Shown piece by piece: positions 11,853 to 23,875 of a DNA stretch of 64,000 nucleotides. The first letter of the stretch is position 1, and every line of letters begins with the position of its first letter. The DNA comes from Eledone cirrhosa (lineage: Eukaryota). Under the pieces are notes generated by a model. That model was not told the origin of the DNA. It made no database searches and saw only the letters and a program-made list of their open reading frames with translations. The position numbers and the translations under genes were made by a program. The stretch covers positions 221,340,001 through 221,404,000 of the forward strand of contig OZ024742.1 in NCBI GenBank assembly GCA_964016885.1. The letters are read 5' to 3'.

Positions 11853-13239
11853 TCATCACAACTTAACAAAAGGTTTTTATATGAAATAATCTTGGAAGAT
11901 TTAAACATTTTAAATAAGAGCCCTTTAAAAATGGGTGGTTTTTGTTTCATAGAACCAGAGGCAGTTAAGGGTGTGTTGGTACCAAAAGGTTTAAAATTGT
12001 TATTCATGAAGGAGTTGCATACGTTAATAATGATGACAACAGCCAAATTGACAAGGGAGATAACTAATGCATGAACAAGAGTTAAGTATCTTGCCTATGA
12101 AATTTAAAACGATGTTAGCAATGAAAACAATATTTCGGTATGTGTTATTGGAAACATTATTTTAACATCTCAATGAAAAGTACCAAGCCCAACCTGTCAA
12201 TTGGTTGTTTTAGTACCACGATAAAAGGCAAGCAGTCCGCACTGTAAATGTGGTTGGTGTTATGAAAGGGCATCCAGCAGTAGAAACCAAGCCAGAAATA
12301 GTTCTGTATGAACAAGACACGAGACAACTCGTCTAACCCATGCTAACGTGGAAAATGAACGTTAAACGATGATGATGATGACCACAAAACTGTAACCGCC
12401 AGATAGCATGTGGTTTACTAGTACAAAAACGTAATATTCAAATGTCCATTGATGGCAATATTCAGAGATCAAATCCTGCTGCGATCAACTTTGCCTTTCA
12501 TCTTTTCGCGGTTGTAGATTGGAGGAATTGTTAAAACATTGGTCAGAATGTCTTATGGTATCTGTTCTGGCAGCTTTTTGCATTCTCAGTTCAAATACTG
12601 CTTCCCGTTACTGGAAAAGTGGCGATGTGTATGCCAGGATTGGCATCCGACAGATAGTATCACCAATGGAAAGAACAGAACAGTGTTTTGTGAGTGGAAT
12701 TCAGAAGAGAGAAACTGTAAGCCTGTCATGTGTGTGTATGTTAGTGTAAACCACCAGCATAAATTAGTACGTTGAGTTACATCCCTTTATGTCACAAGAT
12801 AACTTAGCCATTTGATAAATAGAAATCAACAAAATAAGTAACTAGGGTTAATCAACTAAAACCCTAGAAGGCAGTGGCAGCATGGCTACTGTCTAATGAT
12901 TAAAACCAATAAAAGAACAAGAAAATAGATAGGTAACTACATCGGGGTAGAGTCGTTTTAATGATGACCCCCCCCCCACACACACACACACATACACACC
13001 TAAAAACTGTTAAATTCACTTTATATTTATTAAACATTTATAGGTGTTAAAATTTTCCTCCCAAGAAACAAGAAATGTAAAGCAAATTTAAGAGGTTTTG
13101 TTTGTTTTTTGAAAATAACTCTTTCATAATGTAATTGCTTTAGTTTCAACAGGTGGTCTTAGATGAAGTCACTGTACAGACTTTGAAACAAGAAAACATA
13201 TGAAGGTGAAAGTCTGCAAAGAGATGAGAAACATCTTAC

Positions 13240-13369
13240 CTTCAAAAGAGGATTGTGGTTGCCAGCAGCTTCAAGATATGATGACAGCTGGTACATCAGA
13301 GGATTTTCTTCATCAGGATAAGGCAAGGATGGATCTTGATAGTGTCTCTGAATATCCACTAGTAATGCA
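13240..13369 (-). CDS. WASHC5: Strumpellin exon ALLVDIQRHYQDPSLPYP...YLEAAGNHNPLLK
   Basis: ttacag| acceptor, AAG|gtaag donor; 130 nt. Confidence 0.95.
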
Positions 13370-13509
13370 CTGTAATGAAGGACAATGGTGAAAACAACAA
13401 AACTGATTGATATTCTGTGATGTCCCTTAACCCATTAAACCTTTACTGTGATGTCCTATAACCCATTAACTCCTTCAATAACAATATACTGTGATGTCCC
13501 ATAACCCAT

Positions 13510-13775
13510 TAAACATTTCCATACCAAGCTGCCTGAAATTTCCTTGTGTTTTGTGATATAAAACTATTAATTCAAATAGTTTATATCTATCTATAAAAAA
13601 TCTTATATCTATCTATGAAAAAATCTTCCATCATAATTTTATGTATAAACATTTGTCAAATTATGTTCCAATCACCAACTTAATAAGGAGAAAAATTAGT
13701 TATTTTACTAAATCCCTCTAAATTCTTGATTATTTTGAAATCACAGGCTGGGTGTTTCATTAAAAATATGATATA
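13510..13775. mobile_element. Older dispersed AT-rich repeat (probable second TTAA MITE family)
   Basis: Shared core ttatgttccaaacaccagcttaataat...tactaaatccctctaaattcttgattattt also near 4910, 14050, 15590, 18470, 22710, 44690 and 51340; some copies end in a gggtt(t)aa-like terminus. Confidence 0.6.
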
Positions 13776-14417
13776 CTTGATGTCTAGTTAGGGGGTTACA
13801 CCTGTCCCCTTTGCTGATCCACATAGGGTAGAGAAGGATCTTCAGTTGAGTCAATAATTGGCAACTTCCCTAGTGCTGGCTTAATGATAGAATGCACCCA
13901 GTACACTCTGTAAGGGGCTAACAATTGTAAATTCAGTGAGTGTAATCAATCCACTATCCTGGACTTGTTCTTGACCTAAAAATGATGATATGCAAAGTTG
14001 ATTAAGCTAGACGGAATACTGCAAGGCTCTTGACTCTTTCAATATCAAACCAACTGAAACTGCCCCTTGTTCTACAATACAAAACTGTTTTAAAATGCTT
14101 ATAGTTATCTAAAAATCTTCTATCATAATTTTTATGTTAGAGCCATTAATAAGTTATGCTCTAAACACCATCCTCCAAATTTTTGATTATTTAAAAAATT
14201 ATTTGAAAATCATAAGTAATGTATTCCATTGAAAATGTATGTACTAATCAAATGATTAAAATGCACATAATTAGCCAAATCTACAATTTAGACCCCCTCC
14301 CCAGCCGCCCCCTTCCTAGGGATAAAATGAATAGATAAGCTGAACAAAACAATATTAAAAACTCAGATAATGTATAACAATAAAAGGCTATGTGTGGAAG
14401 AAGGTGGTGGTACTTAC

Positions 14418-14521
14418 TTGTTCATAGTTTGTAAAGCACTGGCTAAAATCTTGGAATCAAACTTGCACGAGTTATTCAAGTCATTTGCTATCTGTCTCCG
14501 CAAAAGTTGCATTTGACCCAC
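14418..14521 (-). CDS. WASHC5: Strumpellin exon [24 protein letters not shown]...
   Basis: ctttag| acceptor, AA|gtaag donor; 104 nt. Confidence 0.95.
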
Positions 14522-15727
14522 CTAAAGTAAATTGAAAAATAATAATAATGGTTTCTGATTTAGGCACAAGGCCAACTATTTTTTGGGGAGGGGAAAGTCG
14601 ATTAAATCAACCAGTACGTTACTGGTACTTTATTTTATCAACCTCGTAAGAATGAAAAGCAAAATTAACGTCACCGGGATTTGAACTCAGAGCGTAAAGG
14701 GCCGTAACTATATGTTGCAAAGCATGTCTGATGCTCTACCAATACTGCCAAATAATCATAATATAGTAAAGGGAGGAGTGTGGGACTGTGTCCTGAATAT
14801 ATTTTTTTAATCCCATTTGTAAAATAAGTTGGATTACTTTAAATAAATAATTGTTTCTACTTTAGGCACAAGGCCAGCAATTACCCAGTGCATTACTGGT
14901 ACTTTATTTTATCGACCCCGTAAGGATGAAAGGCAAAGTCAACCTCGGTGGGATTTGAAATCAGATCGTAAATAAATAATAAATGAATATTACATAATTT
15001 ATGTACTAAATTTCGTAAATCTTGATTAAATATAAATAATTTTATTGCTTATTTCAAGATTCACTTCTTTAAAATTTTCAAATGTCAACACTTCCAGTGA
15101 GCGTCCGTTATATTATAACACTTTTTATATTGCTTATATAAACGTTCATATATTTGCATCGTTATATAAGGTTAATATTTCCATCGCTAATTTTCTCCTA
15201 ATGCAGTTTATATATAATATTGTCTTTTTTTAAATGTATCATGGATTATTAAGTTACTGATTGTAACAGTCCCTCTTCAATTTCTGTGCATATTCTCAAT
15301 TACAATTTTATTTGATGTATCATAACTAAATGCATATATATTTGCTTATAATATCAATATGCACACTACACATGCTCGCAGAAAAGCACCCGAAGGGTGG
15401 TTTTTCTGCTAGTAATAATAATAATTGTTTCTACTTTTGGTACAAGGCCAACAATTTGAAGGGAAAGGGAAAATCAATTAAATCGATCCTAGTGCATTAA
15501 TGGTATTTCATTTTATCAACCAACCCCATAAAGATGAAAGGCAAAGTTGACTATGGTAGGATTTGAAATCAGAACTTAAATGGCTGTAATTAAATCCCTC
15601 TAAATTCTTGATTCCTTTGAAAATTATTTGAAAGCCATAGGCAGTGTCTTTCATTGTAAATATAGTAATAAAAGAGTTAATAATCTACAAATGATAAATC
15701 ACATGTTGAAATAAATGAAATATTTAC

Positions 15728-15807
15728 CTTCAGAATTATTTCCATAAATGAAGGCCAAAGTTTTGCTGCTTTAGTTAAAGCCAGAGAGTAGATTTTATAT
15801 GGTTGGT
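15728..15807 (-). CDS. WASHC5: Strumpellin exon QPYKIYSLALTKAAKLWPSFMEIILK
   Basis: tcacag| acceptor, AAG|gtaaat donor; 80 nt. Confidence 0.92.
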
Positions 15808-15879
15808 CTGTGAGGGAAGAAAAAAAAATATTAATGTTATTATTAATATTATTTTTTTTTACCATCTCATAACTTCATT

Positions 15880-16720
15880 ATAGCTAACATCTTACAACAA
15901 ACAACTCCCATTATAGCTACCACCCCACAACAACCTACCTCCATTATGATTATCACAACAACCTACTCCCATTATAGCTACCACCTCACAACAACCTACC
16001 CCTATTATGGTTAGTACCTCACAACAACCTACTCCCATTATAGCTACCACCTCACAACAACCTACCCCTATTATGGTTAGTACCTCACAACAACCTACTC
16101 CCATTATAGCTACCACCTCACAACAACCTACCCGTATTATGGTTATCACCTCACAACAACCTACTCCCATTATAGCTACCACCTCACAACAACCTACCCC
16201 TATTATGGTTAGTACCTCTCAACAACCTACTCCCATTATAACCACCACCTCACAACAACCTATCCCTATTATGGTTATCACCTCACAACAACCTACTCCC
16301 ATTATAGCTACCACCTCACAACAACCTACCCCTATTATGGTTATCACCTCACAACAACCTATTTCCATTATGACTACCATCTCACAACAGTCTACCCCAT
16401 TATGACTACCATCTCACAACAGTCTACCCCATTATGACTACTATCTCACAACAACCTACCCCCATTATAGCTACCACTTCACAATCTACTCCCATTATAG
16501 CTACCATCTCACAACAATCTACCCCCCCCCCCATTACAATTACCATCTCACAACAACCTACCCCCATTATGACTACTATCTCACAACAATCTACCCCCAT
16601 TATAGCTACCATCTTACAACAACCTACCCCAATTATAGCTATTATCTCACAACAACCTACCCCATTATGGCTACTATCTCACAACAACCTATCCCCTATT
16701 ATGGATACCATACCATAACT
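15880..16720. repeat. 33-bp minisatellite (cctcacaacaacctactcccattatagctacca), about 25 copies
   Basis: Seen directly in the sequence; intronic. Confidence 0.93.
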
Positions 16721-16883
16721 ATACCCACCTCCAGCTATACAATATCACTGTTTTCAAATTTAACCAGAAAATCTGATGAATCCTTCTTTTACTCTTCCAT
16801 TCAACAATGAACAGTTTTTGAGGTTGACAGTTTAACCCTCTTGATATCTAAGCACCTGAAACCACCACTGGTTCTTCAATTCT

Positions 16884-17790
16884 ATAATAATGAAATTATT
16901 GTGTAAAGTGCTCAGGTGCACTACAACTCGTCAATATAGTACATAGAATAATACACAAATGCCAGGGAAGTACATGTTTGTATGTGTTAGCTGTAGTGTT
17001 GGCGGATCTCGGGAAGCATGGAGGCCTTAAAGGATGCAGTGTCTCGACAGCTAACAACTGATGCAGGTAGTTTGTTCCATGCTTCAGCAACTCTGAGCGT
17101 GAAAAAATGTTTCCGAAAGTCATGGGAACTGTGCTGTTTTCTTACTTTGTGGGCATGTCCACGTGTGTTAGACACATGGAGATCGAAAAGGCACTCAGGG
17201 TTGTTGTTGGCAACATGGTTAACAATTTTGTGGGTGTTTACCAAGTCAGTTGCCAGGCGTCGGAGCTTCAATGAATCCATGCCCAGGGAAGCAAGGCGCT
17301 CAGAGTATGGTAGATGCCTGATGGAGGGTATTCGCTTGGTTGCACGTCTCTGAACAGTTTCCAGGCGGTCAATGTCCTGAGCAAGATAGGGGTTCCAGAC
17401 TGGTGATGCAAATTCTAAGTGTGGTCGCACCATAGCTGTATACAGCCTTAAATAGATATCTGGAGAGCGGCTGACAAAGGTCTTGCTGAGTGATGCTAAG
17501 ACACCCTCGGCCCTCTTGACAATTTTAGAGACGTGCCTCGTCCAACGCAAATCGCTGCTGACCGTAATGCCCAGGTCACGTTCACAGGAAGACTTCTTGA
17601 TATTAGTGCTGTGGAGGGAGTATGTGGACGCTGGGTTTTTACTCCCAAAATGCATGGTGGTGCACTTGTCCACAGCTAGCTTGAGTTGCCAGTTTGAGAT
17701 CCACTGTTGCATTGTGTCCAGGTCAGACTGCAAGCAAGATCTATAGTGTTCAGGATCTGTCCTTTTTATCTCAAGGTACAGCTTGATGTC
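16884..17790 (-). mobile_element. CR1-like LINE 3' fragment
   Basis: DIKLY...QSDLD..W...RDLGI...VRPHLEFASPVWNP...VQRRATK...TRGH...RVAEAWNKLP; (ATT)n tail. Confidence 0.88.
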
Positions 17791-17802
17791 TATTTGTTTT
17801 AA

Positions 17803-18010
17803 CCCTTTAGCATTTACATTACTCTATATTTACTATTGTATTTTCACAGAAAAGGCTTTATCTCACATAATATCGAAGCTACAAGATTTTGATATTATTT
17901 ATTTTGAGAACAATACCTTAACATCAGTATGAGTAGTTGGTTACAGCTGATTTGAACAGAAGGCGGTGAGAGAATTCTGGCCGAATACGGCCAGTTTAAA
18001 TGCTAAAGGG
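17803..18010. mobile_element. piggyBac-like MITE (about 210-220 bp, CCCTTTAGCATTTA TIR, TTAA TSD)
   Basis: TTAA|ccctttagcattta ... taaatgctaaaggg|TTAA. Confidence 0.85.
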
Positions 18011-18096
18011 TTAAAGTGATTATCATCATCATTTAATGTCCACTTTTCCTGCTAGCAAGGGCTGGACATGTTGTCACAGACCAAGTCAGTACTTAA

Positions 18097-18315
18097 CCCT
18101 TTAACATTTACATTAATTTATATACAATTGTATTTTCGTGGTAAAGCCTTTATCTTACATAATTATCTCACATAATATCAAATCTATGAGATTTTGATGT
18201 TATTTATTTTGAGAACAATACCTTAACATCAGTATGAGGGGCTGGTTACAGCTGGTTAGAATAGAAAGAGGTCAGAGAATTCTGACCGGATATGGCCAGT
18301 TTACATGCTAAATGG
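18097..18315. mobile_element. Same TTAA MITE family
   Basis: TTAA flanks, shared internal sequence. Confidence 0.82.
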
Positions 18316-18711
18316 TTAATCAGAGCTGCTGATCTCTCAGAAGAGCTCGGGACCTGCATTGTGCTTACATACATTCCCGCACATTGAAGAGTGCACCATG
18401 CATTTCATCATGGCACCAGCACTAGAGAGGTTATCATGTCTTTGACACAACTAAAGAGCCCTCTCTACCTTTTGTTTATCTAAAAATCTTTCATCATAAT
18501 TTTATGTAAGAACCTTTATGTTCCAAACACCAGATAAATAACAAAAAGATTTGGTGATGCTGCAGTATGGCCACAGTCTATTGACTGAAACCAGAAAAGA
18601 ATATTACTAAATCCCTTTGAATTTTTTATTATTTTCAAAATTATTTGAAAATTGTAAGCAGTGTGTTTCATAAAAAATATGGTAATGAAAGGGTTTAAGA
18701 TAATCACTTAC

Positions 18712-18886
18712 TGACGAGGCCTTTTATAGGGTTCAGGGATTTTGATAAAGTAGAAATCATTTCAATAACCCCTTTATCTCGTAGGACACTTTTGTACAAG
18801 AGGGCATTGAAATGTTGCAATTCCTGAACAATCATGAATGAGATGAGTCGGTCAAGTCCATTCAAACCAAAACTGCCAACAGCTTT
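18712..18886 (-). CDS. WASHC5: Strumpellin exon KAVGSFGLNGLDRLISFMIVQELQ...NPIKGLV
   Basis: ctccag| acceptor, A|gtaag donor; 175 nt. Confidence 0.94.
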
Positions 18887-20306
18887 CTGGAGAAAAATAA
18901 AATAAAATAAAATATTTATTTGAAATGTGTGCCTCCCAATGCAAATGACCATAATAATAGTCAGTTACTATAAATAATAGAGAAAATTGGGTTAAGTATC
19001 CTTGGAGATGGAAAAAAAAGTGAACATACTTTCTTGGTTTTTTCCATGTTTAGTTGTACGTGTTCAAAACTAGGAATTGTAATTGTTATTTAAAGTTCAA
19101 GTGGGATCATTTACCAATGAAAAATAAAAACACATGCACTGGATATGGTCTTTAATTTTTTTCAAATTTAATTGAAAATCATAAACAGTGTCTTTCACTA
19201 GAAATATGGTAATGAAAGTGTTAAATACTCTTCCTAAACTGAATTAGTCTATCTGTGTAAGTGTGTTTTTAATCAGAAGTGAGGATATTTGGGCACATAA
19301 TCACAAGGTTGTGGGTTTGATTCCTAGATGAGGTGACATTGTGTTCTTGAGCAAGGCACTTCATTTCACATTGCTTCAGTTCACTCAGCTGAAACTAAGG
19401 ACCAGTTGGAGGTTAGTCCTCCAAACTGACATCCCATTCAGGGAGAGAGAGGGGAAATCTTGCACCCTCAGTCACTTAATACTCATGAAACTAGGATAAG
19501 CCCTGGATCTTGTTCAATCCCTGCAAAGCATGAAAAAAATGCATGTAAATCATCATCATCATTTTTACATTGACTTCTCCATGCTGGTATGGGCTGGGAA
19601 GGATTTTTGAGGCAATGTTTTACAGTTAGATGCCCTTCATGACATCAACCCTTTTAGTCATTTCTTATGATATGCAGGGATATGGTGTACATATTCTAAT
19701 CTGGATACACACAGCCTAACTCTAATTCTAATCAAGAGAAAGGGGTTAGACTGAAGAGATTGATATGGTTAGAGGTAATAGCTATGAGTAAACATGTTTG
19801 GCTTAGAAAGATTCTAGTTTTAGATTAGTTTCTACAGCTGGATGTCCTTTCTAATGTCAACCACTTTACAGAGTGTACTTGGTGTATATCATTGTGACAG
19901 CAACACTAGGAAGTTTGTCATGTCCTTAATTAAAGAGTCAATGCATGTCTATGTGTGTAGGGAGAGGTGATAACAGGGTTCATGGTCCTGATTTATGTAC
20001 AAGTCATTTATGTAAATTAGGAGGGTGAGGGGCAGTATTAATTAGAGAGTACAATAATTCCATTGTACCTAAACTCTTACAATACACCAAATTAACAAAA
20101 TATCAATTTATACTGTACAACACGAAGGTTGGCTGAAAAGTTCATAGGCTGACCAAGATACTCATGATGCTAGTGCTGTGAAATTTTGTATGCATTAATT
20201 TCAACTCTTCTTGTTAATAACTGCACTGTTTTTCTCCACAGATTATGTTTGAAAAATAAACCTCATTTGGTCATTCCATGCGAGTATTATGGTCAGTAGA
20301 TCCTTG

Positions 20307-20419
<113 letters not shown>

Positions 20420-20640
20420 CCCTTTAACATTTACATTACTCTATATTTACTATTATATTTTCGTGGTAAAGGCTTTACTTCACAGAATTATCTCACATAA
20501 TATCGAATCTATGAGATTTTGATATTATGTATTTTGAGAACAATACCTTAACATCAGTATGAGCGGCCAGTTATAGCTGGTTTGAACAGAAAGAGGTGAG
20601 AATATTCTGACCAGATATGGCTGGTTTAAATGCTAAAGGG
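20420..20640. mobile_element. Same MITE family, with ATAT instead of TTAA flanks
   Basis: ATAT|ccctttaacattt ... aaatgctaaaggg|ATAT. Confidence 0.82.
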
Positions 20641-20707
20641 ATATAGTACAATAGCTTGTATAATATATATTGTACAATATGAAAATGTATATTAAATAGA
20701 AAGTTAC

Positions 20708-20798
20708 CTGTAACTTTTGGAATAACAACCGGTTGACAACTTCTTGTTTAGATTTTAAATCATACCATGCTTTCATCTGGTCAACATAGGAGGTATTT
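20708..20798 (-). CDS. WASHC5: Strumpellin exon NTSYVDQMKAWYDLKSKQEVVNRLLFQKLQ
   Basis: ccacag| acceptor, CAG|gtaac donor; 91 nt. Confidence 0.92.
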
Positions 20799-20965
20799 CT
20801 GTGGAGGAAGAAACAGAGAGAGAAAGAGCATGAGAGAGAGAGCATGTGAGAGAGAGAGAGAAAGCATGTGACAAAGAGTGTGTGAGAGAGAGAAATCACA
20901 AAATCATAAAGTAGTAGAATGACTTCAACCAGTCAAAAAACATAGGAATATATTTGTCTACTTAC

Positions 20966-21090
20966 TTAGGGTCAGTGATGCGTAGAATTTCTCGTGCAAG
21001 TCTTCCAATGAAGTTGACACTGGCATCAACTGGAGCAAAACGAGGAATAGGAATGGTCTTAGATTGGTACACACTTTGCCAGTCAATGAT
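20966..21090 (-). CDS. WASHC5: Strumpellin exon [18 protein letters not shown]...REILRITDP
   Basis: tttcag| acceptor, AA|gtaag donor; 125 nt. Confidence 0.95.
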
Positions 21091-21844
21091 CTGAAAAAGA
21101 GGAGTATAAAGGAATATTGATAGTCATTGTTTGTATTAATAAAATAATCACACCACGTTTGGCCTTCTCTCTCCAATTGTTCCTACTTCACATGTTCTGT
21201 CCGTCTGTCTCCCCACTCTCTCTCTTCTCAGGTATCACCCTGTCAATTCTGACTCCTTAACATACATCCATGACATATTTTCTCACCTTTTCTACCTGTC
21301 ACATCCCCATGATACCATATTTATCTTCCTCCCCTCACCAGTCTGTAAAGCAAAGGGGTCTCTTTAGTTGAGTCAATAACTGACAACCTCTCTAGTGTTG
21401 GTGCCACAAAGCACCAAGTACACTCTGTAATGTAGTTAATAGTAGGAAGAGCATCCAGCTTTAGAAACCATGCCAAAAAGGATTGAGAAGATTTTTCATT
21501 TGTGTGAAGGGCACAACAACCTCTCTAGTTTTGAGGATCTACATGATACATACACCCAGTACATTGTAAAGTGGTTAGAGTTAGGGAGGACATCCAGTCA
21601 TTGAAAACTAGCCAAAAAAAAAGATGGAGAGGTTACTTCAGTTGTGCCAAAGACAACAATCTCCCTAATCTGGTATTAAACATTAATAAACTCAGTCCTG
21701 TGTCATCAGAAACTTCATAAAATATACAAAATAAGTAATGTCAGTAAAAACACATCCCTGTATCACAACAATTTCATGATATCTGATATGTTTGTTATAC
21801 AAGGTTGTTATAAAAATGTGCATACATATACCTATATATACACA

Positions 21845-22217
21845 CTCTCGGGTTTCGAATAATAGCCCCACCCCATACCCCGCTTATTAATTTTTCAGAT
21901 TTTTGTCAACTGCTCCTTGCACTTATTCCAAACTCCCCACTTATTAAATTTTGTTAATCTATCTCCGGCAAAATTTTATTTTAAGTAATAGCATTCCTGC
22001 GACAATTCATTTTCTTTATACATTAAAAAACATTAAACTTGATAAAAAAAAAAGTTATAAGAAATCCCATATATTATAAAATAAATAGGATGGGTTGGGG
22101 TCTCAATATGGAAAATAAAGGATTAATTCTGTTTTTTTAAAAGATCAAGGAAGACAACCTGGAAAAATTACCCTCCCCGCTCATTCCAGCCAGCCCCTAT
22201 TATTTGGGACCTGAGAG
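21845..22217. mobile_element. Tc1/pogo-like MITE (about 370 bp; CTCTCRGGT..CRAATAAT TIR, TA flank)
   Basis: ctctcgggtttcgaataat ... attatttgggacctgagag|ta; related copies at about 6030-6277, 6630-6947 and 7760-8128. Confidence 0.75.
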
Positions 22218-22242
22218 TACATACAGAATATTTGGTACTCAC

Positions 22243-22422
22243 CTTGGTTCGAAGGAAACTGTTACACTCCATTTCAACATTGTAGTTGATAATACGAGAC
22301 ACTTCCTCTTGCCAAATTTTTAAGCCATAAATATTTACATAATCCTGAATATACTCAAAAGATCTCCGGAAGCCATCCATTCTCTCTCCAAGACCATTTA
22401 GCCGTGGAATGAGTTCACTAAC
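22243..22422 (-). CDS. WASHC5: Strumpellin exon VSELIPRL...[30 protein letters not shown]...FLRTK
   Basis: ttatag| acceptor, AAG|gtgag donor; 180 nt. Confidence 0.96.
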
Positions 22423-22884
22423 CTATAACAACAGATACAGTTGGTGTTATTCATACTACTATTGTATAGTAGTATAAATATAAAATATATGATCACAGTG
22501 AGAGAAAAAGAAAAGGAAAGAAAAACAAACAAACAAAAACAACCATCAATTCACCAACAAGTGCGACAATCAGTCACACACTGCAAGGATGAATGGCAAA
22601 CTTTGAGGCAAGCCAACATGTTTGCAGCATTACTGTGGGTGATGAAGAAGCTAAGGTGCTGAAACAACTAAGCACCCTCACGGGCATAACCTAACACCTC
22701 TGTAAGGCGAGCCACTTAACTTTCTCATTTTTAAACTGGTGTTCAGAATATAAAAGTTCTTATACAAAAATGTTCATGGAAGTTTGTTTTATATAAATAT
22801 AAATACTTTAGTAAGTGGTATAACTTGAAGCTATTTACATTTGATTCAATAGTTGAACATGGTTAGTGTTTCATGAGAACTTAC

Positions 22885-22986
22885 TTTAGCCTTTGGATTG
22901 AATATTAAACTTTGGTGAAGTGCTCCTGCTACCTGCTGAACCAGTTCTTTGCGAATACCATCCTCAAGTAACTGTTTAGGATCAAT
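22885..22986 (-). CDS. WASHC5: Strumpellin exon [16 protein letters not shown]...IFNPKAK
   Basis: tcttag| acceptor, AAA|gtaag donor; 102 nt. Confidence 0.95.
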
Positions 22987-23282
22987 CTAAGACAAGGAAA
23001 AAAATTAATATATCAATCATTATTGGTTTATGAATATAATATATATATATATATACATATAGATATCTGTGTGTGTGAATATCATAACTTTTACGCCCAT
23101 TTTATTCTATTGGTATGGTTTGGATGAGGCTTTTTGCAACAGTATTGCATAGTGAGATGCCTTTTCTAATGACAAAAACTGTTATACATCTTCACATAAA
23201 TGCATGTATATTTATGTATATACCTCTGTTTCTATATATGTATATATATTATATATATGTATATATATTATATATATATATA

Positions 23283-23790
23283 TCATCATCGTTTTTACAT
23301 GCTTGCATGGGCTGGATGGATCCTTTTCAGCACAGTATATCTCCACTTGTTGCGTTCCTCTGTTATCTCATCTGAGAGTCTCAGTGATTTGAGATCAACT
23401 CTCACCACCTTCCTGGTACTTTTTCACTCACTGATCATCATCCATGTTCATCACATGTCTGTACTAATGCAGTGTTTTCTCCTGTACACCACTTCAGATT
23501 CCTCATAAACCCAATTTCTCCTTCATTTCATCCAAGCTCTACCTTTCTCTAACATTTACATTGCATATCTAATGAAGCATGGTTGCTTCATTTCTCTCTA
23601 GCCTATGCATGTCCTCTGCAGTCACTGCCCATGTTTCATTATGTAACATCACACTTTTCTCATAGCCTTTTGTTGCCAACAGTATGAGAAGCTCTCTAAA
23701 CTTCTTCCATCTTATCTTTATTCTAGCTATTATGCTCTAAGAGTACCCTTCTCCACTGCTAATTAGGTCACTTAGGTAGCAGAAGCTATT
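23283..23790 (-). mobile_element. Old degraded RTE 3' fragment
   Basis: (CAT)n tail and remnant of the ...ETWAVTAEDMHRLERNEA coding region; similar remnants at 5035-5190, 43850-44035, 45137-45520, 52206-52720 and 58325-58555. Confidence 0.7.
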
Positions 23791-23875
23791 TGAGTTCATA
23801 TTACGCCAAGGTAAACTTTATGGCAGAATTGTTAAACATTCAAATGGATGCTAGGTGGTAGTAGTAGTAGTTCAA

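Noticed and set aside
16007-16718. Mucin-like Thr/Gln/Pro repeat protein
   Set aside because: It is an in-frame 33-bp intronic minisatellite antisense to WASHC5, broken by frameshifts and without gene structure.
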